64,000 nt of DNA from Candidatus Yonathbacteria bacterium (GTDB lineage: Bacteria; Patescibacteriota; Minisyncoccia; Phycocordibacterales; JACNGX01), in the NCBI GenBank assembly GCA_013334825.1, contig JAAXWR010000001.1, positions 75,769 through 139,768 on the forward strand. Reading direction: 5' to 3'. The position numbers and the translations under genes were made by a program. Under the pieces are notes generated by a model, which made no database searches, was not told the DNA's origin, and saw nothing but the letters and a program-made list of their open reading frames with translations. Each line of letters opens with the position of its first letter. Position 1 is the stretch's first letter. Of the stretch, positions 10,865 to 21,293 are shown in pieces.

Positions 10865-12199
10865 ATGGATGATAATTCTTTTCACATTGAACATGTGCAT
10901 TATGTGCATATGATTGGTATTGGTGGCATTGGTGTGTCCGCGCTTGCGCGAATGTTTCTCGCGCGTGGTATTACGGTATCGGGATCTGATATATCGGAGA
11001 GCGTTGTAACGCGCGCGCTTGAGGAGAGGGGTGCCGTCGTCACCATTGGGCAGGCTGTCAATAACATTCCAGAAGATGTGGACATGATTGTGTATTCGCC
11101 GGCAATTGTTCCTGGAAATCCTGAATATGATGAGGCAGTGCGTCGCGGTGTGCCTATGTTTTCGTATCCAGAGACGCTTGGTATTATCTCGTGTGGTATG
11201 ACAACGATTGCGGTATCAGGTACGCACGGTAAGACCACGACAACAGCGATGATTGCGCATATTCTGGTGAAGACGGGGAAGAGTCCGACTGTTGTCGCGG
11301 GGAGTTTGATGAACTCTATGCCTGCACACGGTATCTCAGAGCGGACGAATTTTATCGCAGGAGAGAGTGATATGTTTGTTGTAGAAGCCTGTGAGTACAA
11401 ACGTTCGTTTCTGAATCTTTCGCCTTCAGTACTTGTTATCACAAATATTGAAGAAGACCATCTGGATTATTATAAAGACATTGATGATATTCTTGATGCG
11501 TTCAAAGCGCTTGTGGAAAAGACGGGTGAGAAGGGAACAGTGATCGTTGATATGTCGCTCCCGCATATGAGAGAGGCACTTGATGGATATACAGGGACGA
11601 TTGTCGATACACGAAGTGTTGAAGGAGACATCACACTTGCAGTGCCAGGGATGCATAATGTGGCGAATGCGCGCGCGGCGGTCGCCGCCGCGCGCGCATG
11701 TGGTGTTTCGGGAGAAGATGCACGAAAGGCACTCGAAGACTTTAAAGGTACATGGCGACGAAGCGAATACAAGGGACTTACACCACAAGGAGCACGTGTC
11801 TTTGATGATTATGCGCATCATCCGACAGAAATACGAGCAACACTTGCAGGTTTTCGCACTACATATCCCCAAAAGCGTCTGACAGTCGTCTTTCAACCGC
11901 ACTTGTATTCTCGCACGCGAGAGTTTTTGCATGATTTTGCTGAGGCGTTTTCTGATGCGGATACGATTATTGTCACGGATATTTATGCCGCACGTGAAAA
12001 AGATACAGGGCTTGTGCATGCGCGTGACATTGTCGCATTATCAACACATGCTGATATGCGCTATGGTGGAACACATGATACGAGTATACATATTCTTGAA
12101 GACACAACACAGCTCGACGAGCATACTATTCTTATCACTATGGGAGCGGGCGATGTGTATACGATAGGGGAACGTCTTTTATTGAATGAAGAAATGTGA
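10865..12199 (+). CDS. murC: UDP-N-acetylmuramate--L-alanine ligase
   Basis: MIGIGGIGVSALA, AVSGTHGKTTTTAMI; directly follows murD. Confidence 0.88.
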   Translation: MDDNSFHIEHVHYVHMIGIGGIGVSALARMFLARGITVSGSDISESVVTRALEERGAVVTIGQAVNNIPEDVDMIVYSPAIVPGNPEYDEAVRRGVPMFSYPETLGIISCGMTTIAVSGTHGKTTTTAMIAHILVKTGKSPTVVAGSLMNSMPAHGISERTNFIAGESDMFVVEACEYKRSFLNLSPSVLVITNIEEDHLDYYKDIDDILDAFKALVEKTGEKGTVIVDMSLPHMREALDGYTGTIVDTRSVEGDITLAVPGMHNVANARAAVAAARACGVSGEDARKALEDFKGTWRRSEYKGLTPQGARVFDDYAHHPTEIRATLAGFRTTYPQKRLTVVFQPHLYSRTREFLHDFAEAFSDADTIIVTDIYAAREKDTGLVHARDIVALSTHADMRYGGTHDTSIHILEDTTQLDEHTILITMGAGDVYTIGERLLLNEEM

Positions 12200-12212
12200 T
12201 ATACATGACAGT

Positions 12213-12893
12213 ATGGCAACACTTTCTATTGTAGCAACACCAATTGGTAATCTCGAAGACATAACGCTTCGTGCTATTCGTGTACTCAAAGAAGCGGATA
12301 TCGTGTTGTGTGAAGATACGCGTGTGACAAAGCATCTGCTCGATAAGTATGATATTGCCACACCAACAATGCGATATGACGCACACAGCACGCCCACACA
12401 ACAAGAACGTATTTTTAGTCTCCTTGATGAAGGGAAGCACGTGGCACTAGTATCTGACGCGGGAACGCCTGGTATTTCAGACCCAGGGACACACTTAGTG
12501 GGGCTTGTAAGAAAGCGATTGGGAGAGGAAGTTACTATCGAAGCGATTCCCGGACCATCCGCGCTTACTGCAGCACTCTCAATTAGTGGTTTATCACTCG
12601 CATCCTTTATATTTCTCGGTTTTCTTCCACAGAAAAAAGGGAGACAAACACTCTTTACGGAAATTGCTAGATCTGAACGTGCGGTCGTGTTGTATGAATC
12701 ACCACACCGTATCATAAAGACACTAGAAACCTTTGCGGAAATGATGCCAGAACGTACAGTGGCAATTGGAAGAGAGCTGACAAAGATACATGAAGAATTT
12801 GTTTCAGGAAGTGCTGATGAACTTCTTGCATATTTCATTGCGCACCCTGATAAAGTGAGAGGGGAATTTGTCGTCATTGTTGGTGGGTTGTAG
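12213..12893 (+). CDS. rsmI: 16S rRNA (cytidine1402-2'-O)-methyltransferase (tetrapyrrole-methylase family)
   Basis: MATLSIVATPIGNLEDITLRAIRVLKEADIVLCEDTR. Confidence 0.85.
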   Translation: MATLSIVATPIGNLEDITLRAIRVLKEADIVLCEDTRVTKHLLDKYDIATPTMRYDAHSTPTQQERIFSLLDEGKHVALVSDAGTPGISDPGTHLVGLVRKRLGEEVTIEAIPGPSALTAALSISGLSLASFIFLGFLPQKKGRQTLFTEIARSERAVVLYESPHRIIKTLETFAEMMPERTVAIGRELTKIHEEFVSGSADELLAYFIAHPDKVRGEFVVIVGGL

Positions 12894-12914
12894 TAAAGGA
12901 AAAAGATATATTCG

Positions 12915-13250
12915 GTGCGCTTTTCTTTTTGTATATTTAGCCTTATAATGGCATATATGCAACGACTTATCACCACTATCATTCTTGCTCTTGTTGTCGC
13001 CGTGTTTCCGCATCTTGGTTTTCCTGGATATATCAAGACCGCGGCAATAACACTTTTTTCACTTGCCATCGCTCTCATTGCGTATATGGGGTATCGTGAA
13101 GCAAAACACGAGACCCCGTTACCCATGGTATCTTTGCCGCATATGCGCATGCCGTCGTTAAAGAAAAAGAAAACACCAGCGTTTTTCTCAGGCGAGACGT
13201 CTCCTCGTTCATCTGATGAAGATACAGTTTCTAGAGAAGAGACACATTAA
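12915..13250 (+). CDS. small membrane protein (111 aa)
   Basis: Two predicted TM helices. Confidence 0.45.
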   Translation: MRFSFCIFSLIMAYMQRLITTIILALVVAVFPHLGFPGYIKTAAITLFSLAIALIAYMGYREAKHETPLPMVSLPHMRMPSLKKKKTPAFFSGETSPRSSDEDTVSREETH

Positions 13251-14522
13251 TTGTCTCTTGTGAACATCGTGCCCATGCGAAACATTTTCTCACATCTCGG
13301 TCCTATTGGGCACGGACTTCTTGCGGGATCCGTGATGCTTGGCTCAATCGCCATAGCGTATTTTGGTGTACCATTTTCATCTATGGAATATGATGCAGAC
13401 GGTGAATCTGAGACAGCAAATGTTTTTGACATGTTTAATGCATCAAAAACACAAGAAGAAGAGACACCTCTTATTATCTCTGCTTCGCACGTACGTATCC
13501 CCGAACCACTCAAAGCGGTGTATATGACAGCATGTGCTGCGGCGACACCATCTTTTCGTGAACATATTGTGAACATCGCTGAAACAACTGCAGTAAATGC
13601 GGTTATTATTGATATTAAAGATTATAGTGGAACGATATCATTTGCCACCGGCATCCCCGAACTTGATGATGCGACAGAGAATGCCCCCGGATGTGTCGTC
13701 AATGACATGAAAGAATTCGTTGCCGACCTGCACGCAAAACATGTCTATGTGATTGGACGTATCACTGTTTTTCAAGATCCTTATTACGCACCCAAACATC
13801 CAAGTCTTGCAGTACAACGTAAGAGTGACGGTGCCGTATGGAAAGATAGAAAAGGTATTAGTTTTGTGGATGTGTCGGCACAGGAGTATTGGGATGTTAT
13901 TGTGTCTTTGTCGCGCGCGTCATATCTTGCTGGTTTTGACGAACTTAACTACGATTATGTACGGTTTCCATCTGATGGAAATATGACAGATATTCGTTTC
14001 CCAAAAAGCGCGACCATTCTCGCTGAGAATGGAGAACAAGGCAAGGCAATTGCATTGGAAAACTTTTTTATATATCTTTCCACAAAGATGCATGAGACGG
14101 AATGGCTTCCCAAAGGGGATACAGGACCGATGCTATCCGCTGATCTTTTTGGTATGACAGCATCCAATACCGATGACTTGGGTATAGGACAAGTGCTTGA
14201 GCGAGCGGCACCACATTTTGATTTTATCGCGCCGATGGTATACCCTTCACATTATCCACCACAATTCAATGGATATGCTGATCCCAACGACCATCCCTAT
14301 GATATTATTAAATACGCCATGGACACTGCGTCTGCACGACTTGTTGCGATAGGAGAAAGTCCACTTAAGTTGCGTCCTTGGCTTCAGGATTTTGATTATC
14401 CCGTTGATTATACACCTGCGATGGTGTCGGCACAGATTCGTGCGACATATGACGCAGGATTGACGTCATGGATGATGTGGGACCCCGCAAACACCTATAC
14501 ACCATCGGTATTAAGCAATTAA
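13251..14522 (+). CDS. putative glycoside-hydrolase-like TIM-barrel protein (DUF4015/GHL-type), N-terminal TM
   Basis: Family resemblance around YVIGRITVFQD...NYDYVRFPSDG; assignment tentative. Confidence 0.45.
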   Translation: MSLVNIVPMRNIFSHLGPIGHGLLAGSVMLGSIAIAYFGVPFSSMEYDADGESETANVFDMFNASKTQEEETPLIISASHVRIPEPLKAVYMTACAAATPSFREHIVNIAETTAVNAVIIDIKDYSGTISFATGIPELDDATENAPGCVVNDMKEFVADLHAKHVYVIGRITVFQDPYYAPKHPSLAVQRKSDGAVWKDRKGISFVDVSAQEYWDVIVSLSRASYLAGFDELNYDYVRFPSDGNMTDIRFPKSATILAENGEQGKAIALENFFIYLSTKMHETEWLPKGDTGPMLSADLFGMTASNTDDLGIGQVLERAAPHFDFIAPMVYPSHYPPQFNGYADPNDHPYDIIKYAMDTASARLVAIGESPLKLRPWLQDFDYPVDYTPAMVSAQIRATYDAGLTSWMMWDPANTYTPSVLSN

Positions 14523-14535
14523 TTTTTTTACTTGT

Positions 14536-15792
14536 ATGATAACTCGTCGGATTATTTTTTCATTTGTTGCATTACTTTTCCTATGTGTGATGCCATTTGG
14601 CGCACGTGCGGCAGCAGATGATGTAACAGTGTACCTTTTTTACGGAGATGGATGCCCGCATTGCGCTCATGAAGAAGCGTTTCTTGATACACTAGAAGCG
14701 CAGGGCATGCTTCGCACAGAACGACTTGAAGTGTGGTACCACCCAGAGAACAGAGAGCTACTGCAAGACGTGGCGACACGTTTGAATATAACGGTTTCTG
14801 GCGTTCCGGTTACCGTCGTTCGCGACAAAGCATTTGTGGGTTGGCAGAGTGATGAGACTTCGGGTGCGCAACTTGTCACCTTGGTGAATGCGCTTCGGGG
14901 TGGAGATGCACCTGATGTCGTTGCGGAGATTCGCGGTGGCACAAAAGGAGAAGGGGAAGCATCTGTAGATACAACAGGTGGTGATGTTTCCGATGCTATA
15001 CCAGATACGACATCATTTGTTCCCGATACGGTTAGTTCCGCATTTGATACACACACTCTCCCGTCTCTTGGCGGATGGTCGGTTGCTGACATGTCACTTC
15101 CGTTTGCGACGGCAGTGTTCGGGCTTCTTGATGGTTTTAATCCGTGCGCGATGTGGGCGCTTGTCTTTTTGATAACGCTTCTCTTTCATATGAAAGACCG
15201 ACGTAAGATGTGGATACTCGGTGGGACATTTATCCTTGTGTCGGGTATTGTGTATTTTCTTTTTCTTGCAGCATGGCTCAATGTCATGTTTGTGCTTGGA
15301 GGACTTGGATGGATGCGCGCAGTTATTGGGTTTGTGGCGCTCGGAGGTGGAGGATGGTATTTATATGAATGGAAGACAGCACCTCCCGCAGGGTGTGTTG
15401 TGACAAATGAATCACAAAAGGAACGATTGTTAGAACGTATGCGTGGCGCGATTGGACAAAAAAGTTTTTTGTTGTCGCTTGGAGGTATTATTGTTGTCGC
15501 GGTACTCATCAATGCCGTTGAGCTTGTATGTTCGGCAGGACTTCCCGCTGTGTATACGCAAATTATCGCATTGCATGACTTGCCGTTTTGGGCGTATTAT
15601 GGATATCTTTTATTGTACATACTCTTTTTCATGCTTGATGACATGATTGTATTTGGTGCAGCGATGGCGACACTTCGTCTCACGGGTATTAATGCCAAAT
15701 ACACACGTATCTCACATCTCATCGGTGGTATACTCATGATTATTATCGGCATACTCCTCATCCTCAAGCCAGAATTGTTGCTGTTCGGGTAA
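14536..15792 (+). CDS. thioredoxin-like domain (CPHC) fused to a DsbD/CcdA-like multi-TM thiol-disulfide transporter domain
   Basis: Signal peptide, VYLFYGDGCPHCAHEEAFL, then a TM domain with conserved Cys (FNPCAMWALVFL, ELVCSAGLP). Confidence 0.55.
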   Translation: MITRRIIFSFVALLFLCVMPFGARAAADDVTVYLFYGDGCPHCAHEEAFLDTLEAQGMLRTERLEVWYHPENRELLQDVATRLNITVSGVPVTVVRDKAFVGWQSDETSGAQLVTLVNALRGGDAPDVVAEIRGGTKGEGEASVDTTGGDVSDAIPDTTSFVPDTVSSAFDTHTLPSLGGWSVADMSLPFATAVFGLLDGFNPCAMWALVFLITLLFHMKDRRKMWILGGTFILVSGIVYFLFLAAWLNVMFVLGGLGWMRAVIGFVALGGGGWYLYEWKTAPPAGCVVTNESQKERLLERMRGAIGQKSFLLSLGGIIVVAVLINAVELVCSAGLPAVYTQIIALHDLPFWAYYGYLLLYILFFMLDDMIVFGAAMATLRLTGINAKYTRISHLIGGILMIIIGILLILKPELLLFG

Positions 15793-15862
15793 TACTTGCA
15801 AAGTTTTGTATTTTGTGGTATATGTGTATCTGGTTATATTTTTTCAAATTAAATGAATAAAG

Positions 15863-16075
15863 ATGCCGGTAAAAACTTTTGTTCGAGAGTATTCTTCAGT
15901 TGAGGATGGTACCATAAAGGAAATATTTGAAAGCCTCGATAATGAGGTGTACGAATGTTTTCGTAACATGGAGATTGATGTTGCTGACTCCATCCTTGCA
16001 ATGCCTCGAGGGATTCTTATTCTTCGTAAGGTTACATACCGTGGATCCCCTTTTTATCCCCCAGGGGCTGACTAG
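15863..16075 (+). CDS. hypothetical protein (70 aa)
   Basis: ORF followed by a terminator. Confidence 0.35.
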   Translation: MPVKTFVREYSSVEDGTIKEIFESLDNEVYECFRNMEIDVADSILAMPRGILILRKVTYRGSPFYPPGAD

Positions 16076-16091
16076 AGAATGATGTTTTGAA

Positions 16092-16120
16092 GCGCGGACG
16101 GCAGTCCGCGTTTTTTTGTT
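16092..16120 (+). terminator. Rho-independent terminator (CGCGGAC-GGCA-GTCCGCG + T7)
   Basis: Hairpin plus T-run. Confidence 0.75.
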
Positions 16121-16315
16121 TCATTTTTTATTGTCATAGATTGAATCCTGCATAGTTTTAGTTGTTTTTCGATATCACTTTTATACATAACGGATGTGCA
16201 TAAAGTGAAATTAGTATCAGTCCATTCACTTTTTCAGTAACAATGTCATTTGCAAAAGTGGGGATGAATCCACATTGTGAGTAACATAAAACAGTCGTCT
16301 TCGTATGTTCCCTAG

Positions 16316-16400
16316 CACTATGCACTGTGCACCACGTAGGATGCACAGCAAGCCACGTGGGATGCACAGCACGCCATGTAGGGTGCAGGGCAAGCGTACT
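16316..16400. repeat. three tandem ~21-nt repeats (CCACGTRGGATGCACAGCA); inverted copy at 49681-49790
   Basis: Direct reading; RC matches the 49681-49790 block. Confidence 0.8.
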
Positions 16401-16455
16401 CGTTTGTACTTCGTAACCACTATACTATTCGTAAACAAAAACGAACTCAAAAAAA

Positions 16456-16487
<32 letters not shown>

Positions 16488-16532
16488 AACTAGCAACTGA
16501 CAACTGACGACTAGTTCTGCTATACTATAGTC

Positions 16533-18686
16533 ATGTCTTCTGATGCTCAACAGATAACCTATTTTGCTGAAACTGATTTTCGCAATAAGCGACAAAAGTT
16601 TGGTGTCAAAGCAAGTGACCGCACACGTCACATGTATGTGATTGGAAAGACGGGTATGGGAAAGTCTACCATGCTCGAGAATATGGCGATTCAAGATATC
16701 TTGAACGGTAATGGTGTCGCGGTGATGGACCCGCACGGAGACTTTGCGGAAAAGATTCTTGAATATGTGCCCGAAGAACGCATCAATGATGTTGTGTATT
16801 TTGCGCCGTTTGATATGGATTACCCCATCTCATTTAACGTGATGGAAGACGTTGGATATGACAAGCGACACTTGGTGGTATCTGGTCTCATGAGCGCGTT
16901 TGAAAAGATTTGGGCGGACGCATGGTCGGCGCGTATGGCGTATATTTTGCAAAATACACTTTTTGCATTGCTCGAATATCCAGACTCGACGCTTCTTGAT
17001 ATCAATAAAATGCTTGTCAACAAGACGTTTCGCAAGGATGTCGTGGACAAGGTGACAGACCCGACGGTGAAATCATTTTGGGTTGATGAATTTGCCAAAT
17101 ATACTGACCGGTATACGCAAGAGGCGACACCTGCCATTCAAAACAAAATCGGACAGTTTACTTCCAATCCACTCATTAGAAATATTGTTGGACAGCCGAA
17201 CTCAACCTTTGATATTCGCAAGATAATGGATGATAAAAAGATTCTCATCATGAACTTGTCCAAAGGACGTATCGGTGAAAGTAATACCAATCTGCTCGGA
17301 AGTATGCTCATTACAAAGATTTATCTTGCCGCGATGTCTCGTGCTGATGATCCCAACAGAGCAAATTTACCAAACTTTTATTTCTTTGTGGACGAGTTTC
17401 AGTCATTTGCGAATAAATCGTTTGCGGATATTTTGTCCGAGGCACGTAAATATAAATTAAATCTCACCATCGCACACCAGTATATTGAGCAGATGGATGA
17501 AGAGGTGCGCAGTGCGGTCTTTGGTAACGTCGGTTCTATGATTGTTTTTCGTGTTGGTTCGTTTGACGCGGATATTTTTGAAAAAGAATTTGCCCCACAA
17601 TTTGTTGCCGAGGATATTGTGAATCTTGGTTTCGCACAAATATATTTGCGTCTGATGATTGATGGTGTGGGATCCAAGCCGTTTTCCGCGACGACATTAC
17701 CACCGATTCAATTGCCCCCAGTATCCATGAAGAATCGTGTGATTGAAACATCGCGTGCATTGTACGCGCGCCCGCGTGTGGAAATTGAAGAAGTGGTGCG
17801 CACACGGCAAGCATTTTTGGCAGAAGATGCTTCGGCATCATCGGCAAAGCCAGCAGGATCATATGACCGTAAGACAGCAGGAGGGCAGGGGACAGTAAAT
17901 GGGTATGTTCCGCGTCCTTCCGGAGGAGGTTCAAACGGAGTGCGTCCACAATCAACTCCCCAAGGGAGCGGTGGATTTTCTCGTAATGATCGTCCTCAAG
18001 AACGAGATACACGTTCGCCCGTTTCGCCTGTGCCATCTACTCCGTCCAATCCTTCTTTGGGGAATGCGGAAGGTCGTCAGGGAGGAGTATCTCTTGATAC
18101 TGTACAAACAAAAGATGTGGGTGTTGCAACAAAATTTACCCCGCCTCTTTCTCATGGAAACCAGACTCCGTCTGTGTCTATTCTTCCTTCACGCGATACG
18201 TCTCGTACCAAGGGAGCGGTAACACCCCTTCCCGGGAGACGTCAGTTTACTGGTCCTGCTCCATCAGTATCTGATAATCGTAGACCTTCTCCCTCTGCGC
18301 AGTCTCGTCCCGCGACTTCCTCACCTATGAGAGAAGAGCGTCAAGTGTCTCTTAGTTCACTTAAAAAAGATATTGCGCATACTGCTCACTCGACACAAAA
18401 TAAAAATGCTCTTCGCGACGCGCTTCAAGGTGTGCTTGCTACTGTAGAAGCGCAAGGAAAAGCTTCCGCGTCTGTTCCTTTGCCGTCTTCCACGCATACG
18501 GCGCCTGTGTCAGAAGATGATGGATGGAAAACTATTCATGGAGAACCAGAGTTTGTAAAAAAACCTCTCACAGAAAATGCAGAAAAATCATCCGTTACTC
18601 CTTCACAAGACGCGCAAAAAGAACATGCATCTACACCAAAAGAAATTCCCGAAACTATTCTTCGTAAAGTACTTGATGATTTATAA
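16533..18686 (+). CDS. P-loop ATPase of the TraG/VirD4/HerA-FtsK (DUF87/AAA_10-like) family, no TM, with a ~280-aa disordered S/T/P-rich C-terminal tail
   Basis: Walker A VIGKTGMGKST, Walker B FFVDEFQ, coupling-protein-like LSEARKYKLNLTIAHQY...GNVGSMIVFRVG; TATACT 8 nt before ATG. Confidence 0.6.
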   Translation: MSSDAQQITYFAETDFRNKRQKFGVKASDRTRHMYVIGKTGMGKSTMLENMAIQDILNGNGVAVMDPHGDFAEKILEYVPEERINDVVYFAPFDMDYPISFNVMEDVGYDKRHLVVSGLMSAFEKIWADAWSARMAYILQNTLFALLEYPDSTLLDINKMLVNKTFRKDVVDKVTDPTVKSFWVDEFAKYTDRYTQEATPAIQNKIGQFTSNPLIRNIVGQPNSTFDIRKIMDDKKILIMNLSKGRIGESNTNLLGSMLITKIYLAAMSRADDPNRANLPNFYFFVDEFQSFANKSFADILSEARKYKLNLTIAHQYIEQMDEEVRSAVFGNVGSMIVFRVGSFDADIFEKEFAPQFVAEDIVNLGFAQIYLRLMIDGVGSKPFSATTLPPIQLPPVSMKNRVIETSRALYARPRVEIEEVVRTRQAFLAEDASASSAKPAGSYDRKTAGGQGTVNGYVPRPSGGGSNGVRPQSTPQGSGGFSRNDRPQERDTRSPVSPVPSTPSNPSLGNAEGRQGGVSLDTVQTKDVGVATKFTPPLSHGNQTPSVSILPSRDTSRTKGAVTPLPGRRQFTGPAPSVSDNRRPSPSAQSRPATSSPMREERQVSLSSLKKDIAHTAHSTQNKNALRDALQGVLATVEAQGKASASVPLPSSTHTAPVSEDDGWKTIHGEPEFVKKPLTENAEKSSVTPSQDAQKEHASTPKEIPETILRKVLDDL

Positions 18687-18701
18687 GTTATTGTAAATCG
18701 T

Positions 18702-20294
18702 ATGAGACACATCTCACTCTCTATACACTATCAGTATATGATTGCCGTAGTGTTTTTGTTCGTGCCTGTTTTTGTGTTTGCCGATGTACGTATGACAGAG
18801 GTGATGTATGATCCTTCAGGCACAGACACGGGAAGAGAATGGATAGAAGTGTGCAATACTGGTGATACGGATATCACACTTTCAACATGGCGTCTATTTG
18901 AGGGTGATACTAATCACAAAATTACGACAACGACATCTTCGGAAAACGGTATACTTGGTGGACATGCATGCGCGATTATTGCAGATAAGCCTGATGCTTT
19001 TGCAAACGACTTTTCCGAGTATACGGGGCGAGTGTTTGACAGTACGTTTTCATTGAATAACACGGGAGAAACACTTATTCTTCGTGACGGTGATTTGATA
19101 GATAGTGATACTACTGTCTATGATGTATCAGCAAGTGGTGCTGGCGATGGTAATACTCTTTCGCGAACTGTATCAGGGGCATGGGTCGCCACTGCTCCCA
19201 ACCCAGGCGTTTGGGATCCTTCATCTTTTCCTGCTCCGATAGAAGCAGAAAAGGACGATACATCAAATACGAATGATGAAGAAGAAACAGAATCAAAAAC
19301 TGTCGAATCATCAGTACTTTCTTGGATTCCCAAACCATCTATCTATGCATACGCAGGGAAGGATACTACAGTGCTTGCGGGCGCATCAGTAGCATTTACA
19401 GGGCAGGGCGCGGGGACGACAAAAACACCACTTAAAATTGCCGAGTATGTATGGAACTTTGGTGACGGTACTATTATGCGTGGACAAAGCGTGTTTCATA
19501 CGTATCGGTACCCGGGAACATATATTGCATATCTCACTGTGGTGTCGGGGGACGTACAAGGAGGAGATAGTGTAACAATCACTGTCAAAGAGCCAAAACT
19601 TACTCTATCTGCGGTGGGGATGGAGTCTGATGATCGATATGTTGAAATAACGAACGGAGCATCAGAAGAAATTGAATTGTCATATTGGTATTTGCGCGCG
19701 GGAGAAAGACAGTTTCGGATCCCTGAACATACGTATATACAGGGAGGCGCATCCGTGCGTTTTCTGGAAGAAGTAACACAATTATCGCCCATGTCTCCTG
19801 ATAGAGTAGCGCTTCTGTATCCCAATCTTCGGACATATACGTCATACGCGGAGACAGTATCAAGAGATGGAGAAACACCTGTTGCGCGTGCAGTCGCATC
19901 CGTTACATCGGCGGTCAAGTCTGTCGCTCAGGCGATTACTACTCCTGTTGTCGAGACATCACAAGCGTCGCGCGCAAATATTGCGACACCAAACCCTACA
20001 GTTCCCGCGGTTTCCTCTGCTGTGGATGAAGGAATACCTCATCAAGAAGCGATACTACAAGACGGAGAAGAGGTAACTCTGTCTACTACACCAGAAGTGC
20101 TTTCTGTGAGCAATGCGGTCGCAGCATCCGCCGCGACAAGTGGCAGTCCCGAACGGTCGTTTTGGTATCTTGCACTTGGAGGTGTCATTATTCTTGGTAT
20201 GGCGGGTGCATTTATCGCAAGTGGGGGAGAAGGGAGAAAGCAAGAAAAAGAAGAAGAAACAAGAGAATCGGATGAATATGAGATTGTGGAGTAA
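18702..20294 (+). CDS. surface protein: signal peptide, lamin-tail domain, PKD domain, second lamin-tail domain, C-terminal TM anchor
   Basis: LTD: RMTEVMYDPSGTDTGREWIEVCNTGDTDITLSTWRL...NTGETLILRDGD; PKD: WNFGDGT...HTYRYPGTYIAYLTV; second LTD VEITNGASEEIELSYWYL. Confidence 0.7.
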   Translation: MRHISLSIHYQYMIAVVFLFVPVFVFADVRMTEVMYDPSGTDTGREWIEVCNTGDTDITLSTWRLFEGDTNHKITTTTSSENGILGGHACAIIADKPDAFANDFSEYTGRVFDSTFSLNNTGETLILRDGDLIDSDTTVYDVSASGAGDGNTLSRTVSGAWVATAPNPGVWDPSSFPAPIEAEKDDTSNTNDEEETESKTVESSVLSWIPKPSIYAYAGKDTTVLAGASVAFTGQGAGTTKTPLKIAEYVWNFGDGTIMRGQSVFHTYRYPGTYIAYLTVVSGDVQGGDSVTITVKEPKLTLSAVGMESDDRYVEITNGASEEIELSYWYLRAGERQFRIPEHTYIQGGASVRFLEEVTQLSPMSPDRVALLYPNLRTYTSYAETVSRDGETPVARAVASVTSAVKSVAQAITTPVVETSQASRANIATPNPTVPAVSSAVDEGIPHQEAILQDGEEVTLSTTPEVLSVSNAVAASAATSGSPERSFWYLALGGVIILGMAGAFIASGGEGRKQEKEEETRESDEYEIVE

Positions 20295-20688
20295 ATGAAT
20301 GTTTATTGTAAGAGAAAATATATTTGAGAAAACCATTTTTATACGTGATATAATTATGTTGTGATAGTGAATTATTATTTTATTTTTTATATATGAAATC
20401 AATACAGATAACTATTTGTAAAAACGGTGAATGTAATAACTATAGAATACCAAAAGAATATGGTTTTGATTTGGTTGATATGATTGCTTTGAGTAATCCA
20501 GCGGAAGCGAAAATGTCTGGAGCAACAATGCCCGAATATTATATAGAAAAAATTGAGATAGAAGAATAATATACGTTGTTTTGATTTGTGTGATGAAATT
20601 ATTTTTTCTCCACAATAACTTATTTTGACAAGCAATGTCTACGAGATACAATATAGTCGTTATTTATTCGCTCTCGTTATTCTTCATA

Positions 20689-21258
20689 ACCAATATGAGA
20701 AATATACTTATACTTACATGCGCAATACTCCTTGGGGTGGGAGGTTTTTTAGCGCTTGCGATTTTTGTTAATCCCACGGATACACTTGCATATTCTTATT
20801 CTGGTAAAAAATGGAACACAACATCTGTTGGTGTTGATGTGAGTGACGCAAGTTGGCCCAGCAGTTGGATTTCTCCTCTCGCATCTGCCATGAGCGCGTG
20901 GAATGGAGCGTCATCTCCGTTTACCTTTTCTTCCAGCGCATCAGGACATAAGTTCACGAGATCAAATATGGGTGTCGGCCCTTTGGCGGTTAATACGACT
21001 TCCTACATTGGAAGTACTATCGTCGATTGCGATACAAATTTCAATCTCTACTACAGCTGGTCCACTTCGGGAAGCGGTTGTTGTTATGACGTACAAAGTG
21101 TCGCCACACATGAATTGGGACACTGGTTAATGCTCTATGATCTTTATGGTGGAGGTGATACTGAAAAAACGATGTATTGGAGCGCCACGACAGGAGAGAC
21201 AAAAAAGAGGTCTCTCCATTCCGACGACATTAACGGCATTAACTATATTTATCCTTAA
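20689..21258 (+). CDS. metzincin-like zinc metalloprotease (matrixin/snapalysin-like), secreted/membrane-anchored
   Basis: HELGHWLMLYD (HExxH...D), Met-turn-like KTMYW, matrixin-like SLHSDDINGINYIY. Confidence 0.55.
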   Translation, partial: TNMRNILILTCAILLGVGGFLALAIFVNPTDTLAYSYSGKKWNTTSVGVDVSDASWPSSWISPLASAMSAWNGASSPFTFSSSASGHKFTRSNMGVGPLAVNTTSYIGSTIVDCDTNFNLYYSWSTSGSGCCYDVQSVATHELGHWLMLYDLYGGGDTEKTMYWSATTGETKKRSLHSDDINGINYIYP

Positions 21259-21293
21259 GATTTCAAATTATTAGTTTTTTTATTTTCAACAAT

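Noticed and set aside
10174-11442. Minus-strand ORFs antisense to murD and murC
   Set aside because: They overlap conserved Mur ligase frames.
12179-13150. 323-aa minus-strand ORF
   Set aside because: It is antisense to rsmI and to the following membrane-protein gene, and its composition is low-complexity S/R/A-rich, typical of antisense reading of a coding region.
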